NCBI GenBank assembly: GCA_001275005.1
Contig: JWZX01003329.1
Coordinates: 1 to 46,003, forward strand
Length of the DNA: 46,003 nucleotides
Source: Chrysochromulina tobinii
Lineage: Eukaryota
Direction of reading: 5' to 3'
Shown here: positions 30,674 to 40,626 of the stretch, one piece after another
How the letters are laid out: every line of letters starts with the position of its first letter
Numbering within the stretch: position 1 is the stretch's first letter
Notes under the pieces: generated by a model
What the model was told of the DNA's origin: nothing
What the model saw: only the letters and a program-made list of their open reading frames with translations
The model's database searches: none
Translations under genes and position numbers: made by a program

Positions 30674-32074
30674 CTATCTACCACGCCAGTCCATACATGG
30701 ATCATGGATGTGACTTGGCGCCAGGGGAGGACACGCTTGCTGTGCGCCGGTGGGCACGGCCACGGGCGCTTGTGGCGACGGTGGTGGATACGCGTGTGGA
30801 GTGAACATTGGCTGCCCGGGCGGATGGCCCAGATAAAGCGGCGGCGCCCCAGGATAGTCATAAGGCGGATAGGCATAGCCGTTGAGCGAGCCGCTCGGAG
30901 GAAGCGGATGGTGGCTGTACCCGGAGGGTGGCTGCTCGTACGGCAACGGCGGGTAGTAGCTCGGCGGGTAGTAGCTCGGCGGGTAGTAGCTCGGCGGGTA
31001 GCTCGGCAGCGTGGACCCTGGCGGGTAGGCCACGAGCGAGGGTGACGAGTAGCTCCCATAGCTCGGTGGCGGGGGCGGCGGCGGGGGCGCCGCAACCGCC
31101 GCCGAGGCTCGGCGGCGCTTGGCCGATGGCTGTCCTTCGCCATCGGGATACTCGAGTGCATACTCTGCGATGCGATGTCGCACGAGCTCCGCGCATAGCG
31201 CCCTTTGCCCTTCAAGCCCGGTGATGGTGACAGTTCGCGTCTTGCCACCCGGTGGCACCTCCGAGGCTCGCTGCACCGAAATGTGAGCGCCCGTCTTGGT
31301 TTGGATGGCGTTGATGCTGGCTCCCTTCGCGCCAATCAAAAAGTTTACCTCCGGTCCGTTAGGTATCAGAAGCACGGTCGCGTCAAGGTTTGTTGTCACC
31401 AGCGTAGGCACTAGGGTAGCCGCGATTGGCAGAACCGGTGGTGTAGATGACACTGCGGCGCCGGTGGTGGTGGTTTGGGTAGCAACGGCAGGCAGAGGAT
31501 CGCTGTTGCATGTGGCGATGGGAACGCCAGCAGCGGCTGTGCCACCCGAATACTCAACAACCTTCGCGAGCACGAGTTCGGCACACCGCGAGCGCGAGGC
31601 CTCATTTGCTCCTGTGATTGTGACGGTGCGCGTCGCGCAGCCTGGTAGAACGTCGGAGGCACGCTGTATCGAAATGTGCGTGCCCGTCTCAGCCTGCAGC
31701 GCATTCACACTCGCCCCTTTCGCACCAATGAGGTGGTTCACCTCTGGCCCGTTTGGTATGTGGAGCACCAATGGCGTCTCGCTATCAGCCACAACATTTG
31801 CACCGGTGGTCACCTCGACGCTGCCGCCCATCTCAAGCTCGTACTCTCCTACGCGCTGGCGAATGAGAGCACGGCACCGTGCGATTGCTTCCTCTGTGCC
31901 TGAGATTGTTACCTGTCGATTTGGTGCACCTGCTGCCACCTCGCAAGCTGGTTGAATGTTCACGTGCGTTCCTGTTTGTGTTTGAATTGCGTTGATCGAG
32001 GACCCTCCGCGTCCGATGACGAAATTGACCTTCGGACCGTTGGGGATCTCCATCACCTGCGATATCATGGCCAT
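30674..32074 (-). CDS. Three-KH-domain RNA-binding protein (FUBP/KHSRP-like) with Pro/Tyr-rich tail
   Basis: Three IPNG..V..(V/L)IGxxGxS(I/V) KH GxxG loops and YYPPS repeats. The 3' end is uncertain. Confidence 0.88.
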   Translation of the reverse strand: MAMISQVMEIPNGPKVNFVIGRGGSSINAIQTQTGTHVNIQPACEVAAGAPNRQVTISGTEEAIARCRALIRQRVGEYELEMGGSVEVTTGANVVADSETPLVLHIPNGPEVNHLIGAKGASVNALQAETGTHISIQRASDVLPGCATRTVTITGANEASRSRCAELVLAKVVEYSGGTAAAGVPIATCNSDPLPAVATQTTTTGAAVSSTPPVLPIAATLVPTLVTTNLDATVLLIPNGPEVNFLIGAKGASINAIQTKTGAHISVQRASEVPPGGKTRTVTITGLEGQRALCAELVRHRIAEYALEYPDGEGQPSAKRRRASAAVAAPPPPPPPPSYGSYSSPSLVAYPPGSTLPSYPPSYYPPSYYPPSYYPPLPYEQPPSGYSHHPLPPSGSLNGYAYPPYDYPGAPPLYLGHPPGQPMFTPHAYPPPSPQAPVAVPTGAQQACPPLAPSHIHDPCMDWRGR

Positions 32075-32286
32075 CAACACGGCCGCGCGCGTGTGCGAGC
32101 TTGCGTGGAGCGCCCCCGTGCCTGCTGTGGGTCTCGCCCCGTCTCTGTGAACGTTAACTCGACATCCATTATCACAACCCGTTACCTCCCCTATGCGTTA
32201 ACGACGTACACATCTCGGTGCGCGAGAATTTCTCAGCGTGCACTCTGGCGCTTGAATCGGCGCGTGAGAAAATCCATGAGTTCTCC

Positions 32287-33543
32287 ATGCGAATGAAGTG
32301 GAGTGGCGCCGATTTGTACCTCTCAGCCGCCCTCTTGCGCCTTGCGTTGATCGTCTATGGCACGTTTCACGACGAGCTGTTCGAGGTCCGCTACACGGAC
32401 ATTGATTACGACGTCTTTTCCGACGGAGCTCACCTCGTGTGGCGTGGACGCTCACCCTTTGAGCGGCCAACATACAGGTACACGCCTTTGCTCGCGGCGC
32501 TGCTGACGCCCAACGTGTGGCTGCACCCGGCGTTTGGCAAAGTTCTCTTTGCTACCGCCGATCTGATCGTGGGCGCGCTCATTCAGGACATACTCAACCA
32601 GCGGCAGGTGCCAGGTCGGACGTGTGCCGCCTTCTGGCTCTACAATCCGCTCGCGCTGAACGTCAGCACGCGCGGAAACGGCGAGAGCCTCGTCGCCGTG
32701 CTGCTGCTTGGTTCATTGCACGCGCTGCTCCATCGGCGTCTCGCGGCCGCCGGCGCCCTGCTCGGCTGCGCAGTTCACCTGAAGCCATATCCAGTGATCT
32801 ACGTGCCTGCCTTCCTCTTTGCTCTGGATGCAGAGCTCGGGTGCGTTGTCGCACCGGGAGCGAGCGGAGCATCGGCCGTGCCGGCGCCGCCACGCTCGCC
32901 GCTCATCGCGCGCGCGCGCTTCCTCAGCGCGGCCGGAGCCGCCGTCGCCTCGCTCTCCTTCGTCAGTTTCATTTGGTGCGGCTGGCCCTTCGTCTCGGAG
33001 GCACTCGTGTATCACGTCTCCCGACAAGACGTGCGTCACAACTTCTCGCCGTACTTTTATCTGCTGTATCTCGCGGAGCCGCAGGGCATGCTGCGCCGCG
33101 CCGCGTCGGCCCTTGCCTTCGCCCCACAGGCCGCGCTCCTCGTGGCCTTTGCTGCCAAATTTGGAAACGATCTCCCGTTTTGCATGCTGGTGCAGACGGT
33201 GGGGTTCGTCGCGCTCAACAAGGTGTGCACAGCGCAGTATTTTGTGTGGTACCTCGCGCTGCTGCCGCTCGTGTTGCCGTCGTCCGCGGCGCTACAGCGT
33301 GTGCATCGAGCCCGCACCGCCGTCTTGAGCGCCTTCTGGGTCGGTACACTTCTATTGTGGCTCGGTATAGCTTATCTTCTCGAGTTCGGCGGCCGACCCG
33401 TCTACCTCTGGCTCTGGCTGGCGTGCCTCGCCTTCTTCGCGGCGAATGTGCTCCTCCTCCGCCATATCATTTGCATGCACCACCCCACGCCCCTCTTCCG
33501 CAACGGCAGTGTGGCCAAGCAAGTCTGCTTGTATTCGCTTTAG
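32287..33543 (+). CDS. PIGM: GPI mannosyltransferase 1
   Basis: RYTDIDYDVFSDGA, SPFERPTYRYTPLLA, NVSTRGNGES, RQDVRHNFSPYFY, NKVCTAQYFVWYL. Confidence 0.95.
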   Translation: MRMKWSGADLYLSAALLRLALIVYGTFHDELFEVRYTDIDYDVFSDGAHLVWRGRSPFERPTYRYTPLLAALLTPNVWLHPAFGKVLFATADLIVGALIQDILNQRQVPGRTCAAFWLYNPLALNVSTRGNGESLVAVLLLGSLHALLHRRLAAAGALLGCAVHLKPYPVIYVPAFLFALDAELGCVVAPGASGASAVPAPPRSPLIARARFLSAAGAAVASLSFVSFIWCGWPFVSEALVYHVSRQDVRHNFSPYFYLLYLAEPQGMLRRAASALAFAPQAALLVAFAAKFGNDLPFCMLVQTVGFVALNKVCTAQYFVWYLALLPLVLPSSAALQRVHRARTAVLSAFWVGTLLLWLGIAYLLEFGGRPVYLWLWLACLAFFAANVLLLRHIICMHHPTPLFRNGSVAKQVCLYSL

Positions 33544-34132
33544 TGTGTGTCCCCGCGCCCCGGAGTCGCACCAGGCCGAGACCGCGCCTTTAGTGGAGCC
33601 TTAGTCGACGTCGTACTGTACTGTCATTTATAAACCGACAGAACGTCTCCATGTCCCGATCGATCTCACTTGCACTTCTCAGCTGGAACAGCTCACAGCT
33701 GCGAAAAAGCGACGTTGCTCGTTGGTACCGCGCGTGTTCACGCAGTCGCTGTACCTGCACAGTCAACAGTGTTGGGCCCCCGCCGCGCCCCCTGGCGTGG
33801 TGCTGGTGGCCCCCTAATTAGTAATTTCGTTTCTTCACAGTCCATTTATTTGAGGTTCCGACATTGGAGTCAAAGACTAACGTTACAACGAATTACAACG
33901 ACCACACCGACAACCACAGTCATCAATTGTATCCGGATACTGGTGTCGAGCGACGCGTGGACTACGAGCACGGCTCCGACGCACCTCCTAGGCTCCATTG
34001 CACTTCCACTCGGACATACACTTCGGTGTCTCATTCAAAAGAGCTCGCCGGGGCGCGGCTCAGCTTGGCGCAGCATTGTGCTGCTGTTGACGCTGCCGTG
34101 GCCGTCGGGCGAGGGGAACGCAGCCCAAGTCG

Positions 34133-34846
34133 TCACCTCGGGATGGCTTCGAGGGATGGCTCATGCGCTGGGCCGAGCGCGTTCGTATGATGATGATGGG
34201 TGTCATCATGCGCTGGGCCGAGCGTATGATGATGATGGGTGTCAAACGTGAGGACGCAATCCTCGTCGATCGCAGGGAATCGCCGGTTGAGATCATAGTA
34301 GTTGAGGTCCTTTCGCCGATGGCAGCGAGTGCTCCAGCCCGTTGCCGAGTTGTTCACGGCGCCGTACTGGTCAATCAGCAGGTCATTCTCGTCATCGTGG
34401 TGAGGGCTCCAAGCAGCGTGCAACCGCGCGCAGAATCGAGAGAAGCTTCGGGGACGTTGGCGCACGAGGCTCACGGCACACACGACGCAAAAGACGAATA
34501 CGGCGCCGACGCCGACGGCGGCGTCGATGAAGGTGCACCCACAAGCGCTGACAGTGACCGGCAAATGAGGTCCCTTGTGCTTCAGTGCTGGCAGCAGATG
34601 TGGCGGCACCCACATTGATGGCCGCACGGGCACGTTTGGTGTTGGTTCTAGCAGCAGAGAAAGCGGAAGCATTGTCGGTAGCACCGCCGGCGGCGGCATA
34701 GAAGATCTCACTTGCCACGCTGCAGGCGGAGTGGAAGGGGACTCGCCAACAACGCCCACCCAGGGACCCGCAGCGTTGATATCGGTGCGCACCTGCAGAG
34801 ACTTGAATTGCGGCGACGCCGGTAATCGGGACACGACGTGCCCCAT
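34133..34846 (-). CDS. Hypothetical single-pass membrane protein
   Basis: ORF with a Pro-rich stretch followed by one hydrophobic segment (AAVGVGAVFVFCVVCAVSLV) and a basic RQRPR. No family recognised. Confidence 0.35.
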   Translation of the reverse strand: MGHVVSRLPASPQFKSLQVRTDINAAGPWVGVVGESPSTPPAAWQVRSSMPPPAVLPTMLPLSLLLEPTPNVPVRPSMWVPPHLLPALKHKGPHLPVTVSACGCTFIDAAVGVGAVFVFCVVCAVSLVRQRPRSFSRFCARLHAAWSPHHDDENDLLIDQYGAVNNSATGWSTRCHRRKDLNYYDLNRRFPAIDEDCVLTFDTHHHHTLGPAHDDTHHHHTNALGPAHEPSLEAIPR

Positions 34847-35092
34847 CGTGCACGCGACTTGTGCGAGCACAGCTGCTCGTAGCCGCGGAGGGGTGCAACT
34901 CGTGTTGCATCCTTGATGCGCGCGCCGCACATACCAAATAAAGAATTTCCGAATTGGTGTCCGGTACCCCCCTGTCGATGGCCCTTCGGTGTGGGATATC
35001 TTTTTGACGGACTGAATTACTCGAGAAAGGGACTCCTAACTCCCCGTCATCAGTGACATTCAGGTGCTGGTCCCCTTGCTAACTGGTCCTCG

Positions 35093-36778
35093 TCATTGCG
35101 GAGCTCTCGTTCTATCCAGTTCCAGAGGGCCTCCGGTCGGCGCGGCGGCGGCAGCCCTGGCTGCGGCCACGGCCGCGGGGCGCGCAGCCCGCCCTCCAAA
35201 TAAGGGTTCGTCCAAGGCCAAAGGGCGGCAAGCGCGCTCGATTTGCTCGAGGGTTCTCTCGGTGCCTCGGAGCCTCGTCAGATCGAGATAGAGGACATCG
35301 GACGTATCTGCCCCGAAGGCGAGGTGCCCCACGACGGCCGCCGCCCACCTTCGCGTACCGCGCCAAGTTCGAGCCGGGGGGCGTCGATGCTCGCGCCGTA
35401 GTGAGCGCCCAGGTGGGCGAGTCGGAGCACAAGCGTGTGCGCGTGCACGTACCATCGATCGACGCCCATGAGACGCTTCGTGGAAGAGTGCGTCCTCGGC
35501 AGCGTGCTCCTCGTCCGGCCGGGCGCGCTGGTGCATCGAGCTGAACGGTACAAAGAGTCCCCAGCGCTGCGTGCCCGCCGGCCCGAGGCTCGCGGCTAGT
35601 GAATTGCCGACGCACTCGGGCGTGAGGGCGGTGGCTGCCTTGAGGAAGTTGACAAGGAGGCGCTGCTGGCTCCCATCGGCGTCGGGCTCATCGGCGCCCT
35701 GCCATGCGTGTGTGCATGCGAGAATGGGCAGTGTACCTTCGGGGCATCCGGCCGCACGCAGCTCGGCGAGCGTGATAAACGCCTCCGGCGGCATCTCCTG
35801 CCGCCGCCTCAGCCGGCCGCCGCGCGAGGCATGCGCCAGGACCCAATGGGCGTCCAAGAGAGCAACGGCGCCGCGTCCGACCATGTCCTCAATCTCCCTC
35901 CCCCCGAGACGCTCCCATGCTCGCTCCTGCCGCGCGGCCAGTGCGGCCGGGACGGGCGGAGACGGGCGAGTCGGCGGCATGTGCGGCGCCGCTTCGGGGA
36001 ACAGAGCAGTGAACCACAGTGGCGTCTCTGCCGAGCTCTCGTGAGGACGTACGTCGGCAAGCGCCTCGAGGTACGCCCGCCAGTCGCGCGCGACGCGGTC
36101 CGTGTTGGTCAGAAAGGACGGCAGCGTCGCCGGCGCAGGCCTGGCGCTGAGCCCGGCGCCGACGACAGCAGCAGAAAGGACGGCAGGATCGCCCGCCTCA
36201 TTTTCTGCAGCCACGGCAGCCTCGGCAGCCTCAGCACATTGCTGCTCTTCCTTGAAACGTTGCCACGCCGGCTGCTGAACCTTTGCATCCTCGAAGCGGT
36301 CGCTCGTGCTGCACCAGTACGAGAACTCGTGCCGGCCGCGGAGCACCAGACCGACGAATCCGCCCGTGTCCACCACCCCATCCGCAATCTCAGCCTGCAC
36401 GATCTCGAGCTTCTTCGTGGCCTCCGCTAGCTTGTTGGTCAAGAGGGCATTGACCGCAGAATCTATCGCCATGTGCCGGGGATGCCTGGGTGAGGGCGGT
36501 CGCGCAGCTTGCATGGATAAGGTGCTCTCCGCTCTCGGAGAGTTGGCAAACAGAGGCACGACCCGGCGAGGCGATCGGGTGCGACCCCTCGGTGTGGCTT
36601 GTGGCTGATCGACGTTCTCCGCCCTCGGAGAAAACAGAGGCACGACTCGGCGAGGCGATCGGCGAGGCGAGGCGATCGGAACCATCTCGTGGGTGAGCCA
36701 CGCAGTTTGCCGTCCGTCGGGCGGAGGGCCGCTGCAGCGGGCCGCTTGTGTGGGCGATGCAATAATGCGTGTGCTCAC
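35093..36778 (-). pseudogene. Frameshifted gene with a degenerate HET-like domain
   Basis: ALLDAHWVL..RRRQEMPPEAF..CTHAWQGADEPDADG..FVPFSSMHQ..EDALFHEA. The expected continuation LMGVDRWYVHAHTLVLRL is in another frame after ~35473, and further shifts follow. Confidence 0.55.
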
Positions 36779-36905
36779 AGATGCTGCTGTGAAACGGACC
36801 CCCTCGCGCTGTCGTTATACTGTCGCGTGAGATGTGTGTCCCGAAATAGAATCGGATTGCGTGTATATACTGAAGTACGGTACAGGACCGTTACGAGCCC
36901 AAATA

Positions 36906-38898
36906 TGGTCATGAAGAACTCGCTCCTGTGTGGTGCCTGCCGTCACGATCGTGCGCCTTTCGCAAGATCGCGTGTCGCGGCGACTGCATTCGTGCTTGTC
37001 CTCTTGCCTCGAGGATCAGTCAACGGCTCCTGACACTCTCATCCACTACCAGTCGCCTCATCACCTTCAATGCCAGCGTGGTGCAAGCCGGCGATTCCAG
37101 CGCTCCCTCGTAGCTGGGACCTTCCCCCCGCTCCCAAGTCCGGAACGTCCTACAGGTTCGCGCTGCTAGCGCTTACGTTTTCTAACGTGCCAGCGCCGCC
37201 GGCCAGCGCGATTGCCAGCTTCTATGCGGGTGGCGCATTCCAAACCTTTATCACGGGTGCATCCTCTGGATGTGCTTCATACACGATCGATGGTTTCGCC
37301 GTGCCGCTCGGCATCGCCGAGAAGAAAAATGATGGCTCGTGCGCGATCGTTCAGCCGGGAGATCTTCCAAACAACATACAGACTACCGGCAGCTTCGTGG
37401 CTGCCAACTACGACTCGATCATCATGATGGTGGTCAACGACGAGTGCGCCACTTCAGGATCATCGGGCAACGAACCAACGATGTGAGAAAGATCAACGGG
37501 ATCGACGTCGCAAACAACTTCCTCTTCAACAGTGTGAGGGCGAGTGTAGTGCAGCAGGGCTCATGCTCCGGATGGTCGTGCCCTCTCCCAGATTCGCAGC
37601 TCGCGATGACGCACGAGATGCTACACACCTTCGGATACCAGCAGCACAGCAACGCGTATCAGTGCCTCTCCGAGCCTTCCAATACTCTCAAGTGCACGTT
37701 GTACGAGTACGGAGACATGTTCGACATCATGGGCGGCAAAAAGCTCCTCGTGGGATTCCGAGCGCGCGCACGCTACTATCTTGGCTGGTTTGGGAGCGAT
37801 GAAGTCCTTGGCGTGACGAGCGCGGGCACGTACACGATCGGCGCGCTGAACGCACCTTTGGCCGCGGTGCCCTCGGTGGGCTCCTTGAAGCGGGCGGCAT
37901 TTGTGCGCACGCCTGCCGGAAGCACCGAGGCAGACGGCATTTGGGTTGAATTCATCGGCTCAGGCCCCGGTAACACGTGGAACAGCGGAAGCTACCCGGA
38001 AGTCGCATACAACCAAGCCGGGCTGTTCCTGCAAAAGGGGGGCTATCTCATCGATGCGACGCGCCAAAGGTGCGGCGGCGGCGCATACGCCGACAGCGAA
38101 GCATGGCAAGACGGAGAGATGGTGAAGGTGACGCTCAATGCCGGTAAGACGTTTGTGGATCAGACGACTGGGATCAAACTGAGCCAGGTGAGGCCGAGTG
38201 CCGACGGGCTCTCGGTGAGCTTCACGGTCGAGTATGGCCGCATCGACACGACGTGCTACCGCGCCTTACCACGCATCGGCGCGGGTCTCTTTGGGGAGTA
38301 TCAGCTGTTGATGGACGGCTCTTGCTCGAGTTGCGAGACCCAATCATTGATCGATGAGCTGAAGGCTGTGCCGAGCGTGGCGATGGCTACGCGCAAGGGC
38401 TTCTGGAATGTGAATCAGGCCGAGGACGTCGATGAGGGCAGCTGTGGACAGTCCACCTTTGCTCTTGATGTCGTCAACCTCCCCACCGGCTGGGGCAAGG
38501 TCTCGTACTACGGTGACGTCGTGACGGCAGGCACCACAATGCATGCCGGCTCCACACCGTCTCGCAGCTTTCACTTTGCTCTGACGATCCCCTCAAGCGC
38601 TGCCGACGGTAATTACGACATGTGCGTCCTCGTGTACAACCGCGTCTCGGGGCTGCAGACAGCCAAGCCATTCCGCGTAACGTTGCCCGAATCTGGATGG
38701 GCGTGGTGGACGAACAACCGGCCAGGCTCTTACAGCCCTGCACCCGCCAATGACTGCTCACAGTATGTGACGTGCCGAACAGGCATCGCCGGGTGCACGG
38801 CCCCGAGAGCCAAGCAAGGGATCTGCAAACGAGAGGCTCGAGAGAGCGCAGAGAGCGTTGGGGCGAAGCAGGTCCACCCTGGTGACGTGGCCAGGTGA
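36906..38898 (+). pseudogene. Zinc metalloprotease, gametolysin/M11-like; at least two frameshifts (~37111, ~37485)
   Basis: HEMLHTFGYQQHSN...YEYGDMFDIMGG...YYLGW. Upstream coding-like segments lie in other frames (…GDSSAPS / WDLPPAPKSG…GNEPTM / RKINGID…). The 5' boundary is uncertain. Confidence 0.65.
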
Positions 38899-39025
38899 CG
38901 TGACAGGTCAACCCTGGTGAAGCGCGCTGGGGGCCGCGGGTGGTGGGGCATGTTAGGGCGGGGAGGGTGAGCGTTGGGACGAAGCAGGTCCACCCTGTTG
39001 AAGCGCACTGGGGGCAGAGGGTGGC
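38852..39025. repeat. Imperfect direct repeats (caggtc(c/a)accctg(g/t)tga core x3)
   Basis: gcgttggggcgaagcaggtccaccctggtga, acaggtcaaccctggtgaagcgcgctggggg, gcgttgggacgaagcaggtccaccctgttgaagcgcactggggg. Confidence 0.75.
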
Positions 39026-39754
39026 CTCTTACCGAGCCTCTTACAGCTCTTATCAATGGTGGAGCATTGGAACATGGCGGGGCAATTCACTACTCACTAG
39101 GGCTAGAGCTCACAGAGGCTGTAGAGGGGGATCGCGCTGCCTTATACCTTATTGCAGAGGTCGATACCCGGGTGGGCGAAGGTGGGCGGGATCGAGAATA
39201 GCGTATTCCTTCTCTTCTGTTCGAGTCATATGTGAACGGAGGACCGCGGACTTTGCGACCACCTGCGGGGCGTCCGCTGTCGCTCGGCGGCGGTCGAGGC
39301 CGGCTAATGGGTGTGAATCACGGTGTGAGTGTGAACCACGGTGTGTGTACGCACCTTGACCTTCTAAACCTTGTTTAATCATCATTTTTATGTCATTTAA
39401 TCAAAGAATTTCCAGCCAATTTTATGTCGAATTTTCGATGTTATTTCTCCGGATACCGTATGCGGTATCGAGTATGGTTAAACGAAATGGTAAACGGAAA
39501 AGGGAAAACCAAAACCTGCAACCAAAACCGACGATAACCAACACGACGCGGTCATCCTCCTCGGCATCGCACGTTACGAAATAAGAGGTGCGCGTCCCGC
39601 GACCGCGCTGAGCTCGGACCCTGGCGCGTCGGGGGGCTGCGGTGGGAATAGCACACCTCATAGGCCGGCCACTGCAGGCTTGGCGGCCACACGTGTAACT
39701 AACCAACTATCCCAAGAATCCCATCAGTGTCTCAGAAACACGTAAATAATAAGC

Positions 39755-40417
39755 TCACTTAGCATGGCGCTTTATGCCGGATTCGTTCATGATGCAGATG
39801 TGCTCCATGTCCCGGTAGACCTCATTGTAGTCGAGGCAGTAGCCGACGACAAACTTGTCGGGGATGCTGAAGCCCGTGAAGTCCGCCTCGAAGCCGTTCG
39901 ATTTGGGCGTGCGCTTCTTGAGGAGCGTCGCCACGCGCACCGAGGTGGGCTCGTAGCTTTGCAGGTAGGGTACGAGCTTCGACATGGTTGCGCCGGTGTC
40001 GATGATGTCCTCCACCAGGAGGATGTTCCGCCCTTTGAGCGACGGCAGGTCGATGCCGACCGTCTCGATCGTGATATCGCCCGAGCTCTCCGTGTTGTGA
40101 TACGATTTCACTCTGATGAAGTCAAACGTGAGCGGCGGCTCTTTCACACCGACCAGCGTGAGCTTCTTGAGGGCGTTGCACAAATCGGAGAAGAATTGAT
40201 GGCCGCCCTTGAGCACGCACAGCATGTGCAGCCTGGCTCCGGAGCCATGGAAGTCGTACGCCTTGCAGATGTCGTTTGCTAGCCGGTCGATGCGATCCTG
40301 GATGAGGCCATGGGAGATCATCACCGAGGCAAGATCCGGAGCGTAGTGTTCGGGGATAACAAAGTGCTCCAGATTCCACGCAAAGTCGTCCGTCACGTGG
40401 AATGGTGGTGCGGCCAT
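39755..40417 (-). CDS. HPRT1: Hypoxanthine-guanine phosphoribosyltransferase
   Basis: LCVLKGGHQFF, DFIRVKSY, PRPP loop LLVEDIIDTGATM, IPDKFVVGYCLDYNE. Confidence 0.96.
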   Translation of the reverse strand: MAAPPFHVTDDFAWNLEHFVIPEHYAPDLASVMISHGLIQDRIDRLANDICKAYDFHGSGARLHMLCVLKGGHQFFSDLCNALKKLTLVGVKEPPLTFDFIRVKSYHNTESSGDITIETVGIDLPSLKGRNILLVEDIIDTGATMSKLVPYLQSYEPTSVRVATLLKKRTPKSNGFEADFTGFSIPDKFVVGYCLDYNEVYRDMEHICIMNESGIKRHAK

Positions 40418-40626
40418 CGCTGTCGTTCCCCTCGCCGCGATATGTGAGCCCCGAAGAGATCGATCACGGATAAGGATTCTACAATGACGAAGACAATCAA
40501 GGCTTGAAAGAAGTCTCACCAGGCCTCCCCAAGGGGCTCAGACGCTCGACACGTACCAATCATGTTCCTACTTGTACAAAGGCGAGTGTGAAGGGCACAC
40601 GGCGAGCGATTTGAAAGTGTTCATTG

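Noticed and set aside
17022..33543. Methyltransferase + acyl-esterase + MFS + PIG-M as a biosynthetic cluster
   Set aside because: Dispersed among unrelated genes, with no scaffold synthase or glycosyltransferase core.
35093..38898. Programmed frameshifting or RNA editing as the explanation for the frame breaks
   Set aside because: No shared slippery sequence at the breaks; pseudogenisation or sequencing indels are simpler.
39200..39750. AT-rich intergenic stretch as ncRNA/tRNA
   Set aside because: No cloverleaf, A/B box or convincing stem structure seen.
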